A stretch of DNA of 64,000 nt from Octopus sinensis (GCF_006345805.1 NC_043011.1:4092001-4156000), one strand, 5' to 3'; numbered from the stretch's first letter, positions 1 through 10,887 are shown. The notes: generated from the letters alone by a model not told the origin. Translations and numbers: made by a program.

Positions 1-1122
1 ATATATATGTGTATATATATGTATGTATGTATATAGATATAATTGTTTTTACCAAAGTACGAAACCTGAAAACTGAGTGAAGAAAGGTTGCAGGAAGATG
101 TGGCAATTTCTTCCACAAAAATGTATCCGGCGTAAAATAAACATAACATCTGGCAATAATTTAATTAACCAAAGAATCATCATATTCCTTTCTGCTTAAT
201 TAAACAATAAAAGTCTTGTATCTATACGAAGAAAATACCAGATTTGTTATTTCCGTAAAGTTGGGAAACAAACTTTTATAACGGACACAGGACGGTGTTA
301 GCATTAAACATGTAGACATTTAAATATCGACCGGACTACTTTTTACTCCACATTTATTGAATTTCAAGACAGCTTTTTACTTTTCTTCTTATTTTCATTT
401 TGTTGATGTCGCTAAATCTAAAACAAGAACCTCCCTAGACAGGTCACGTAGACTCTGATCAAGGGATTTCATTTGTAACTATCCTGTTTTTGTTTTTTTT
501 TATGTATAAAGTACTACAATATCCGGTATCTCCTTCGTGGCTACCATTCTTTGCAGCCAGAACCACCACCACCCAAACTTCATATCTAAATATTTGATAA
601 AAAATCCGACTCCTGCGTTCGAAACAACTTCCAAGTCGATCGTTCAATTTAGGAGTTCATGTTGACTTATCAATAAGTATTTAACATAATTTTGTTTGGG
701 CGGCCAGTGAGGGCTGTTTTTTTTTCTCTCTGGAGTTCGTTTTTTTTGTTGTTGGCTGCGATGGTCGTAGGTTTGCGTTTGAGAAGGTATGATTGTATCA
801 GATCGTTTAGTTCTCTGTTGTTCATTGTTGTTTTAAAAAGGGTGTGCATCTTCACCGGGAAGTAAATTCTCTAAATTCTTCAATTAAGGAATGATAATTA
901 ATAATTGTATTGAAATTAGGTACAACTTTTTTTTTGACACCCGGTACTTACTGGTACTTCTTTTCATTGACCGGCTCTTTCAGAGAAAGTCTGTTAAAAG
1001 TGAAACTATTTCTTCGGCAATTTCTGTAAAAACTTTTTATGCCTAATTTTTTTTTTTTCAGTTGAATCGTATGTTCATGTATTTCAGCCCCTGTCAGATG
1101 GACCGCTGGTACTACTTAAGAA

Positions 1123-1355
1123 AAGGCGTCGAGCTAGCAGAAACGTTAGCACGCCGGGAGAAATTCGTAGCCGTATTTCGTCTGCTGTTACGTTCTGAGT
1201 TCAAATTCCGCCGAGGTCGACTTTGCCTTTCATCCTTTCGGGGTCGATAAATTAAGTACCAGATACGCACTGGGGTCGATGTAATCGACTTAATTCGTTT
1301 GTGTGTCCTTGTTTGTCCCCTCTGTGTTTAGCCCCTTGTAGGTAGTAAAGAAATA
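1123..1355 (+). mobile_element. tRNA-headed SINE family C
   Basis: Head with gagttcaaattcc B-box; central gtcgactttgcctttcatcctttcggggtcgataa. 15-bp TSD ggtactacttaagaa at 1108-1122 and 1356-1370. Confidence 0.9.
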
Positions 1356-1367
1356 GGTACTACTTAA

Positions 1368-1596
1368 GAAGAGTGGTCCCGGTGCGCGTACTCGCGCAGC
1401 CGGGCTAGCTAGTCGTGACTAGTCGATCCTACAACGACTACCTAGCAAAGTAAATAAAACACAAAATGAATAATTTTTTTACACAAAGTAAATAATTTTT
1501 TAAACAAAGTAAATAAAACAAAAACACAAAGTAAGGATCGACTAGTCACGACTAGCTAGCTCGGATGCGAGAGTGCGCGCACCGGGACCAGTATTC
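1368..1596. mobile_element. 229-bp MITE with about 63-bp TIRs, TTAA-flanked (Kolobok-like termini)
   Basis: gaagagtggtcccggtgcgcg...gatcct and its reverse complement ending ccagtattc; TTAA at 1364-1367 and 1597-1600. GA...TC termini rather than piggyBac CC...GG. Confidence 0.75.
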
Positions 1597-3849
1597 TTAA
1601 GTTGTACCAGGATCACTAAGTTGATCTCGGCGGTATTTGAACTCGGAATGTTTAGAGCCGAGAGAAATACTGCCAGGCATTTTTGAAGACAATATTTGTT
1701 ACTGCAATTATAATCTAGGTGAACTCTGGTTTTAAGACAGTATCTTAGGTAAAAGAACTTAAGAAAAAAAATAGTTCATCCTTCTCTAACCAACAAACAA
1801 AATAATAATAGCTCTGACCGACTCAAGCGAATGTGATGTCCAAAACTCAACGATCTCCCTCATTTAGAGTAAAGTTAGAGATGAAGTTGAGAAGTAGGAA
1901 TTCTCAGTGTTGCTGCATGAAAAGTGTGTTAACATACCTATGTTAGTGGTAAGACAAATTTTAATTAATTAAAATTACATATATGAGGATGAGGACATTC
2001 ATTATCTAAATGAGTAATTCTGATCTGAAAAACCTTAAGAAAAGAAAAAAAAAATGAGACACAACCTCCGAAATTTTAGTAAAACCAGGCAATGGACATA
2101 TTTTAGTTTTATCAGTACTTCTCAGTGAAGTATAACCTAACTTTACAACATAAAAGAGACAGCTTTTTCGTGGTTGCTTAGGTTAATGTTCAGAATTTCT
2201 CTTTTTGAATCAGGAAGTGATAGTTTCCCCTCATTTGTGTAATTGTTGGTGTCTTATCTACATAGTCTGTTATCTATATCCATTTACCCAAGAAATTGTT
2301 AGTCAAACAGTGCCCAGAAATTACATATATTTGCTGGTGCTTACATATAAAGTGTGCTCGGAAATGAACATCACCGTCTTACTAGCGGGGTTGTTCGTTT
2401 GCAGGAATATGTCTAGTCATTGTGTTCAAAGGGCTTGGGGAATATTATCTTGCTTGGAAACAGGTGACGGTTAGCAACGAGAAGGATGTCCAGTCATAGA
2501 AAATCTGTTAAACCAAGTTTGTGTGGACATGCAAGCATGGAAACGTGGACAGAAGCAGAAAAAAACCCCCAAAAATATGGTGACAAGAACTGACTCACAC
2601 AAGCACCTTTACATGTGTCTGTAATCGCATATATATATATGTGTGTGTGTGTGTAATTTAGAGAAAAACCATCAATAGAGAAAGATGTTATATATAAGGA
2701 CACCTTAGAGTGAGTTATCAGACTAGTCACCAATTTTTGCTGAGGAGACCCAGTTGGTCTAGGTGATAATCCCACTAAAATATACATCAAAATGAAAGGA
2801 GTAAAATAACAGCTTTCCAAGTTTAACTCAGTGTTTATTGAACAAGAGAGGTGTGAAATTTAAGAAAATGACTTGTTAGATAATACATGTCTGTGAGGAG
2901 GCATTAACAAAGATAGCTAAAACTTTTATACCAAGGAGCTGGTAATACATACACTGGCAAATGTTCTATAATGAGAGCAAAAAGTTGCTGCATTATTCCA
3001 CAAGAATGCTAAACGACATTAATTTAAGTTTAATGTCCATGAAGGTTTCTGAAAGGATGTGAAAAGTCAGGTATGCCTTGTGAATATAACATATGCAAGA
3101 AATAAACGCAGTAGTTAGCAACTTAGATGCAGTAGAAATGTAGTGGCATAGACGGCTTAAAACAGCATATTGAGTTCTTCATAACCAGCTGATCTAGCAA
3201 ACGGGGCCTCATAGAAGTATATTGAGTTCTTCATAACCAGCTGATCTAGCAAACGGGGCTTCATATCAGTGAGGGGGGCCGGTGCGCATTGATGCCGTCA
3301 AGAGGTAGGCCCTGAAACAGCGCGCATTCTCTCCTGATGACCCCATACACTTGCTGGCTTCCGGTATACAGAGTTATTGACTGGTAGCACTTGCATGTGC
3401 AAGTTGTTTGCAAGACATGTGAGTCAGAGATTGCTGGTGGCAATTCAGGTTGGATCGCTTTTGGAGCAAATTATGATCCTTTTTTAAAGCAAATGGTAGG
3501 CTCCACAATATGTGCCAAGATTACATGTGATCCCTTTAAGTGGGTCTGATTGGTTTACGGAGTAATTTGGGTGCAGATGTTTGGGGGAATAATTTGCGGC
3601 TAAAAACTAACCAATCAGAGCAATGGTTACCACTGCTTTTTAAAGCCAAATGTTTTCTGTTACATTTGTGTGAAAACTATAAATACAAAGGAGAGAGAAA
3701 AATTTTGTTCGTAATGCTTTTGTCTAATCCATTCTGCCACACACCCTTTGGTCACAAATGACCATGAGATTGCACCTTGAAATTTCGCCTCCAAGGCAAA
3801 GTCTGGGCAATGTTTTTTGTGGAAGACCAATAGTTACCCACACTTACCA

Positions 3850-4040
3850 GTCTCCCCTCTTCGTGCCACTGAGAGGGAAAGACAAAGGCCGATACAGCTC
3901 AGTACTACTGGCATCACGACTCATTTCTACAGCTGAGTGAATTGGAGCAACGTGAAATGAAATGTCTAGCTCAAGAATGCAACATACAGCCCAGTCCTGG
4001 ATTTGAACTGACAACGTTATGGTTGTGTTGTATCGCACGT
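3850..4040 (-). mobile_element. Diverged tRNA-headed SINE (another family)
   Basis: Minus strand has B-box-like agttcaaatcc followed by ttgagctagacatttcatttcacgttgctccaattcactcagctgtagaaatgag. Confidence 0.5.
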
Positions 4041-4290
4041 TTGATGTAATGGAATAATAATAATGATGTCCTTGCAAATTGTTCTACTCAAGATACTCAT
4101 AATAACCCTTGACAATATGCAACTTTTGGCCTCACTCTGCTTTAACTTGTGGTTCTGGGACCTTGAATATGTCATACCATACATCCAATGGCTCCTCTCA
4201 ACCAATAGGGGTGTTCTACTTCCACACCAGCAGGTTGTAAGCCCAACATTCTAACCATTGTGTCATGTGCCTTCACATATATCTGTATAT

Positions 4291-4640
4291 AGGCGCAGGC
4301 ATGGCTGTGTGGTAAGAAGCTTGCTTCCCAACCATATGGTTCTGGGTTCAGTCCACTGTATGGCACCAAAGCCTTGTGAATGGATTTGGTAGAGGGAAAC
4401 TGAAAGAAGCCCATCACAAATATATATATGTATTTATGCATGTGTGTGTTTGTCCTCCCACCACTGCTTGACAACCAATGTTGGTGTGTTTATGTCTCCA
4501 TAACTTAGCAGTTTGGCAAAAGTGACCAATAGAATAAATACTAGAATTACAAAAATTGATTTCTTCGACTAAAACCCTTTAGGACAGCATTCCAGCTTGG
4601 CCATAATCAAATGACTAAAACAAGTAAAGGAATAAAAGAA
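4291..4640 (+). mobile_element. SINE family A, diverged
   Basis: Homology to 5091-5499. Confidence 0.8.
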
Positions 4641-5013
4641 TATATATTCATTCATTCACACATTCATATATATGCATGTACATACATTTTCTTATGTGCA
4701 GTCCAGGTAAAATGTATTGCCTAAATGACCATACATGCTTTTGTATTGCATTATGATGAGAATTTTGCAGTCATTTTGAACTGTTCATTCTTTATAATCT
4801 TTGAGGTGTTCTTCTGTTGTAACAGTTTGCTTTCTTCATGTTTTTTTTTTTAATCTGAAGCCACTGAACATCAAATCTTCATAAATGTGCATAATTTTAT
4901 GCTTTCTGTCTCTATGTTTAAGTATCTCTCAGATGTGACTTTCCAATTATGTGGAAAAGGGTGAATTCTGTTGTAGTATGTATTACTAATTTTGTAATAT
5001 CTTAGACACAAAA

Positions 5014-5083
5014 ATGAAATGGGACTTTTGCATCGCTCTTATCCTGATATTGAAATGTAGTGAGGCAAAGATTAAGGTTCAAG
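5014..5083 (+). CDS. Candidate signal-peptide exon (MKWDFCIALILILKCSEAKIKVQ)
   Basis: Acceptor with branch-like tactaat (AG at 5004-5005), AAAAATG start context, hydrophobic core, phase-1 donor AAG|gtacct (weak). A SINE is inserted right after the donor. No further exons found. Confidence 0.25.
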
Positions 5084-5090
5084 GTACCTA

Positions 5091-5499
5091 GGCGCAGGAG
5101 TGGCTGTGTGGTAAGTAGCTTCCTAACCAACCACATGATTCCGGGTTTAGTCCCACTGCGTGGCATCTTGGGCAAGTGTCTTCTGCTATAGCCCCGGGCC
5201 GACCAAAGCCTTGTGAGTGGATTTGGTAGATGGAAACTGAAAGAAGCCCGTCGTATATATGTATATATATATAAGTGTGTGTGTATATGTTTGTGTGTCT
5301 GTGTTTGTCCCCCTAGCATTGCTTGACAACCGATGCTGGTGTGTTTACGTCCCTGTCACTTAGCGGTTCGGCAAAAGAGACTGATAGAATAAGTACTGGA
5401 CTTACAAAGAATAAGTCCCGGGGTTGATTTGCTCGACTAAAGGCGGTGTTCCAGCATGGCCGCAGTCAAATGACTGAAACAAGTAAAAGAGTAAAAGAG
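5091..5499 (+). mobile_element. tRNA-headed SINE family A with internal (TA)/(TG) linker
   Basis: A-box-like tggctgtgtggt, B-box-like ggtttagtccc, 3' cagtc-aaat-gactg hairpin and (gtaaaaga)n tail. TSD gtacctagg/gtatctagg. Confidence 0.9.
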
Positions 5500-5790
5500 G
5501 TATCTAGGGTTATTTGGGCAGCTTGTACAGTGTCGTATAAAAGTTATAATGGTTTCTGCAACTTAATGGTAGCAGTGTTTCATCTGACTCTTGCAATGAT
5601 ACTGTTACCCATTTATATATGATGGGCTTTTGTATTGAAAAAGCAAGAAGCCTTAACTCCAAACTGTTTTTGCTTGACCCCGAGCCAAGCAAGGGGTCAG
5701 TAGTAAGGTAGCTGATGTGTTTTATGCTTTACTCATCTGCATTTTATCTTTTCAAATGGTGACATTGATAAGAACATCAAAATCTTTCAT

Positions 5791-6168
5791 CATTATCATC
5801 ATCATCATCGTTTAACATCCGTTTTCCGCGCTAGCACGGGTTGGACGGTTCGACCAGGATCTGGGAAGCCAGAAGGCTGCACCAGGCCCAGTCTGATCTG
5901 GAAGTGTTTCTACAGCTGGATGCCCTTCCTAACGCCAACCACTCCGCGAGTGTAGTGGGTGCTTTTTACTTGCCACCTGCACAGGTGCCAGGGGGGTCCA
6001 GCATCGGCCACGATCGGTTGGAGCTTTTAACGTGCCACTGGCACGGAAGCCAGCCAATGCGGTGCTGGCAACGGCCACGTTCAGATGGTGCTTTTTATGT
6101 GCCACTGGTACAGAAGCCAGTCGGGGCGGCACTGGCAACGGCCACATTCGGATGGTGCTTTTTATGAT
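5791..6168 (-). mobile_element. RTE 3' UTR-derived short element with (GAT)n tail
   Basis: Homologous to 6824-7200 (ctggatgcccttcctaacgccaaccactc...gtagtgggtgcttttta; gccaccggcac-type units). Confidence 0.85.
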
Positions 6169-6823
6169 GCTCTTATTTATTTATTTATTTATTTTAAATG
6201 GATGTGGTGGCACTGGAATGGAGAGAGAGAGAGATGGTATTGTGCTCACCTATATTTAGTAGTCATTCTTTAAAAGATGTTTTCTTTTTGGTTTTAATTT
6301 CTGATACTTTTTCCAATTATCACTTCAATGAAATAAAATTCATCATCATCAGCATCAGCATCACCATAAGTATCCACTTTTCCATCCTTGTATGAGTCGG
6401 ACAGAATTTATTGAGGCAAATTTTCTATGGCTGGATTCCTGTTGCCATCTCTTGTCTCATTCCAAGCAAGGTAACACTTCTCTGCTTCCGAACACGTTTC
6501 CATGGAAGATTAGAAAAGAAGGACGCCACTTGTATGACAGCTATACACTTTTACAGCTTAATAATTTGATATTGTATGGAGGAGGCTTACACATCATTAG
6601 TAAATTTTAATGATCTGGGATTGGCCTCTGAGCAACAAAAGAAACTTTTGTTATTTTTTAGACCATATGAAAATACAAAAGGAAACTGAACATATTTGGC
6701 ATTTATTGTTTTTTTTTTTTTATGAAAGGATAATCATTCATAAGTTTTAGTGTTTTCTCTTTTCTTTTTAAAATTTTTTGTTTATTGTTTTATTGTTGTT
6801 TTCCCATTTCTTTCTTGAGTGTG

Positions 6824-9750
6824 TCATCATCATCATCATCATCGTTTAGCGTCCGTTTTCCATGCTAGCATGGGTTGGACGGTTCTACTGGGATCTGTGA
6901 AGCCAGAAGGCTTCATCAGGCCCAGTCAAATCTGGCAGTGTTTCTACGGCTGGATGCCCTTCCTAACGCCAACCACTCCGTGAGTGTAGTGGGTGCTTTT
7001 TATGTGCCACCCGCACTGGTGCCAGACAGAGCTGGCAAACGGCCACGAACGGATGGTGCTTTTTATGTGCCACCGGCACGAGGGCCAGGCGAGGCTGGCA
7101 ACGGACACGAAACGGGGCGGTGCTGGCAACGGTCGCGAAACGGAAAGTTCTCTTACATGCCACCGGCACTGGTAACACATCTGCAATTTCCATTGATCGA
7201 TTTCGATTGATCGATTTCGATTCTGATCGTCACTTGCCTCAACGGGTCTTCACAAGCAGAGTTTTGACATGCCACCGGCACTGGTAGCACATCCGCAATT
7301 TCCATTGATCGATTTCGATTCTGATCCTCACTTGCCTCATCACGTCTTCACAAGTAGAGTTTTGTGTCCCAAGAAGGGAAGGTATGCATACGTAGGCTGG
7401 CTCCATCCCATGTAGAAGGCCACGGGTTATGGACTCACTTGTCCTGCCGGGTCTTCTCGCGCACAGCACACTTCCAGAGGTCTCGGTCTCTAGTCATTTC
7501 CTCAGTGAGACCTAAAGTTCGAAGGTCGTGCTTCACCACCTCGTCCCAGGTTTTCCTGGGTCTGCCTCTTCCACAGGTTCCCTCAACCGCTAGGGTGTGG
7601 CACTTTTTCACACAACTATCTTCATCCATTCTCGCCACATGACCATACCAGCGCAAACGTCTCTCTTGCACACCACAACTGATGCTTCTTAGGTCCAGCT
7701 TTTCTCTCAAGGTACTTACACTCTGCCGAGTGTGAGTACCGGCATTACACATCCATCGGAGCATACTGGCTTCATTTCTAGCGAGCTTACGCATATCCTC
7801 AGCAGTCACGGCCCATGTTTCACTGCCATGTAGCATGGCTGTTCGTACACACGCATCATACAGTCTGCCTTTTACTCTGTGCGAGAGGCCTTTTGTCACC
7901 AGTAGAGGTAAGAGCTCTCTGAACTTTGCCCAAGCTATTCTTACTCTAGCAGTTACACTTTCAGCACACCCGCCCCCGCTGCTGACTTGGTCACCTAGGT
8001 AACGGAAACTATCAACTATTTCTAGTTTTTCTCCCTGGAAAGTGACGGAAGTTGGTCTCAGAGCATTTTCAGTGTTTATTGTTCCTGAGCATCTGCCACA
8101 TACAAAAACCATCTTCCTAGTTAGCCTTCCTTTGACATTGCTGCATCTCTTATGTGTCCATAGCTTACACTTGGTGCATCTTATAGAGTTTCTACCTACA
8201 CCTTTTCTACAGATCGAGCAGGGCCATCTACCTGAAGGTGTTTGTGATTTGTCTACCTTCCTACTGATTACGACTTTGGTTTTAGCTAGATTGACTCTGA
8301 GGCCCTTCGATTCTAATCCTTGTTTCCACACCTGAAACTTCTCCTCCAGTTCTGATAGTGACTCAGCAATTAGAGCAAGGTCATCAGCATAGAGGAGCTC
8401 CCAAGGGCATCCTGTCTTGAATTCCTCCGTTATTGCCTGGAGGACTATGATAAATAGGAGGGGGCTGAGTACTGAGCCTTGGTGGACTCCTACCTCTACC
8501 CGGAATTCTTCACTGTACACATTTCCAACCCTCACCCTACTAGCGGCGTCCCTGTACATGGCCCGCACAGCTCTCACTAACCATTCATCTATCCCTAGTT
8601 TCCTCATTGCCCACCAGATAAGGGATCGGGGGACCCTGTCGAAGGCTTTCTCCATGTCAACAAAAGCCAGGTACAGGGGCTTATCTTTGGCTAGGTATTT
8701 CTCCTGCAGCTGCCTTACCAGGAATATAGCATCAGTAGTACTTTTCCCTGGCACAAACCCAAACTGCATCTCATCTAAACTAACTCTCTCTCTAATTAGT
8801 TGGGCTATGACCCTCTCCGTAACCTTCATCACCTGGTCCAACAGCTTGATACCTCTGTAGTTATTTGTATCTAGGGCATCACCTTTACCTTTGTAGCAGT
8901 TGACTATTATACTGCTACACCAGTCATTGGGTATGACCCCTTTGTGTATCACCTGATTAACTATACGGGTGACTAGGCTATAGCCGACACTACCAGACAT
9001 TTTGAGCATCTCTGCAGTGATTCCTGATGGGCCTGGGGCTTTCCCTGTCTTCATGCTTCTAATTGCCTTAGCTACCACGGAACTATCAACTCGGATAGCT
9101 GGTCCCTCTGTTGGGTCAACATTCGGCAGACTCTCTTTATCCCATTCATTTTCTTCATTCAGCAACCTTTCATAGTGGCATCTCCAAACCTCTCTCTTTG
9201 CATCCTCATTTAGCGCGAGTGAACCATCTTCCATGCGAACACACTTCTCTCCTACCACATCACGATTCTCTCTCACACACTGTCTTGCAACACGAAACAC
9301 CTCCAGTCTTTGGTCCTCACGGCGCAGAACATTGGCAAATTTTTCTTATCTGCTTCCCCTCTGGCTAAATAAACCTGTCTCCTAGCTTCTCTTTTGGCAG
9401 TCTGATACAATCCCCTGCTACCCCCATTTTTCCAGACCTTCCAAGCCTGTCTCTTTTCTCTAATAGCCCTGTCTACAATATTGTTCCACCACCACGTTAT
9501 TCTAGGTCGAGAGGGGACTTTGCACCAGCCACAGATCTGGTCAGTGGCTCTCAGCAGGTTGTCCCTTAGAAACGTCCAGCTGTCTTCTACCCCCTGTGAT
9601 GCTCTATCCCCTTCTACTTCGTCAGAGGCTTCAAGTAATATGTCCCTAAATCTCTGTCCATTTGCAGGATCTTCTTCTCCATATTTGTCGTCTTCTGGTT
9701 GTCCTCCTAGTCCTGATCCTAAAGTCACTAACTACCAGTCTATGTTGTGG
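6824..9750 (-). mobile_element. 5'-truncated RTE-clade LINE with intact reverse transcriptase, repeat-rich 3' UTR and (GAT)n tail
   Basis: ORFs 9273-9728 and 7435-9300 join via one frameshift near the T-run at 9340-9344. RT motifs NYRGIKLL, FVDMEKAFDRV, HQGSVLSP, LYADD and RTE-type LHGSETW / LRWYGHV / GRGRPRKTW are present. No endonuclease domain (truncated). The 3' UTR spans about 6844-7434 and the tail 6824-6843. Confidence 0.95.
7435..9300 (-). CDS. RTE reverse transcriptase ORF (621 aa, N-terminally truncated) with internal C4HC3 zinc finger
   Basis: ORF track translation shows YADD and the RTE C-terminal motifs; Cys/His cluster at 8089-8220. Confidence 0.9.
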   Translation of the reverse strand: MFRVARQCVRENRDVVGEKCVRMEDGSLALNEDAKREVWRCHYERLLNEENEWDKESLPNVDPTEGPAIRVDSSVVAKAIRSMKTGKAPGPSGITAEMLKMSGSVGYSLVTRIVNQVIHKGVIPNDWCSSIIVNCYKGKGDALDTNNYRGIKLLDQVMKVTERVIAQLIRERVSLDEMQFGFVPGKSTTDAIFLVRQLQEKYLAKDKPLYLAFVDMEKAFDRVPRSLIWWAMRKLGIDEWLVRAVRAMYRDAASRVRVGNVYSEEFRVEVGVHQGSVLSPLLFIIVLQAITEEFKTGCPWELLYADDLALIAESLSELEEKFQVWKQGLESKGLRVNLAKTKVVISRKVDKSQTPSGRWPCSICRKGVGRNSIRCTKCKLWTHKRCSNVKGRLTRKMVFVCGRCSGTINTENALRPTSVTFQGEKLEIVDSFRYLGDQVSSGGGCAESVTARVRIAWAKFRELLPLLVTKGLSHRVKGRLYDACVRTAMLHGSETWAVTAEDMRKLARNEASMLRWMCNAGTHTRQSVSTLREKLDLRSISCGVQERRLRWYGHVARMDEDSCVKKCHTLAVEGTCGRGRPRKTWDEVVKHDLRTLGLTEEMTRDRDLWKCAVREKTRQDK

Positions 9751-9772
9751 GGTACATGTGTATGTATGTATA

Positions 9773-9827
<55 letters not shown>

Positions 9828-9928
9828 ATATATATATATAGTTAATCCAAACAAGAAAACACAAAAAAACAACAACGCGAGGACGTGGAACAAATATAGT
9901 ATTATTGGACGCTCAGGAAAGAAGGAGG

Positions 9929-9963
9929 GTTTAACGTTTCGATCGGAGCTCTTCGTCGGAAAC
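9929..9963 (-). ncRNA. Minimal type I hammerhead ribozyme fold B (CCGACGA core variant)
   Basis: Minus strand reads GUUU CCGACGA A GAGC UCC GAUC GAAA CG UU AAAC. Stem I GUUU/AAAC, stem II has one mismatch, loopless palindromic stem III (ACGU), triplet GUU. Confidence 0.4.
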
Positions 9964-9995
9964 ATAGGAGAAGGAAAGATCCAGAGAAGGATATA

Positions 9996-10068
<73 letters not shown>

Positions 10069-10114
10069 ATATATGTATATACTTTATTTAAAAGCAGCAG
10101 AAATATAACAAAAG

Positions 10115-10152
10115 CTGTTACTCAGAGTTTCACATTCCCGTTCGTCGGACAG
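10115..10152 (-). ncRNA. Minimal type I hammerhead ribozyme fold A (CCGACGA core variant)
   Basis: Minus strand reads CUGU CCGACGA ACG GGAA UGU GAAA CUC U GAG UA ACAG. Stem I CUGU/ACAG, stem II ACG/UGU with GGAA loop, stem III ACUC/GAGU with 1-nt loop, cleavage triplet GUA. Core position 4 is C instead of U. Folded by eye. Confidence 0.55.
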
Positions 10153-10596
10153 TTTTGTTGCAATAGAACCGAAATAACAATATGATCAAAACTAGTTAAA
10201 GGATACACCTTTCAAAATGGATTTGTTTCATTGGTCCTTTCAAATAACGGTCTTAAGCATGTGATAAACAAAATGATCAAAGTAAATGAATTCAATATAA
10301 ATTATAAATTATAAAAATCGAGGAAAAACCTTAAATCGAAGAGCGGATTCAAAATACATATTGTCATTAATTATATAGGAAATATAATTTGATTAATACA
10401 ATTAATGCATAAAAATTAAAATATTAAAATATTTCACAACATATGCATATATACTGTTGTGAAATAACTAACTGCAAGATTCTGAGTTTGATTCCAGGCA
10501 GTGACCTTACTAATACTACTACTACTAATAATAATAATAATAACAACATGGAAAAATACCTTGGGAATGAGAACCCAGGTTGGAAAATTCCCCCAA

Positions 10597-10639
10597 GACA
10601 CCTGATGAAGGCTGAAAGGTATACAAGCCGAAATGTGTT
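10597..10639 (+). ncRNA. Degenerate hammerhead-like motif (Penelope-type terminal repeat)
   Basis: gacac CTGATGA a ggct...agcc GAAA tgtgtt: canonical core, stem II and stem I (GACAC/GUGUU) are present, but the stem III / cleavage triplet nucleotides are missing. Confidence 0.35.
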
Positions 10640-10844
10640 AACAAACAAGATAAGGACAAATATCCGTCAAATGTAAATAATGTAAATAATGCACTATATA
10701 TTGGCTAAATTGGCAACATGACCATCCCCAAATACAACAATATCTGTTTCAACACAGAAGTTCACATCAAGAATCTTGCAAAATGAATACATGACTGTAT
10801 ATACATATATATATATATATATATACATACATACATATATATAT

Positions 10845-10882
<38 letters not shown>

Positions 10883-10887
<5 letters not shown>

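Larger units (their letters stand above)
9840..10160 (-). mobile_element. Non-autonomous hammerhead-bearing repeat (Penelope-related / retrozyme-like) with internal (TA)n
   Basis: Contains folds A and B. Related sequence recurs at about 52340-52600 (aaaagcagcaaaaatatcacaaaaac; acagtttttgtgatattttggctgctttt). Confidence 0.5.

Noticed and set aside
2680-3450. Possible very old LINE remnant (also 42450-43100 and 21250-21600)
   Set aside because: Only faint motif resemblance with many stops; cannot be assigned without an HMM search.
5841-6167. Recurrent MDGSTG...LQLDALPNANH ORFs that look like a gene family
   Set aside because: Antisense readings of the RTE 3' UTR repeat.
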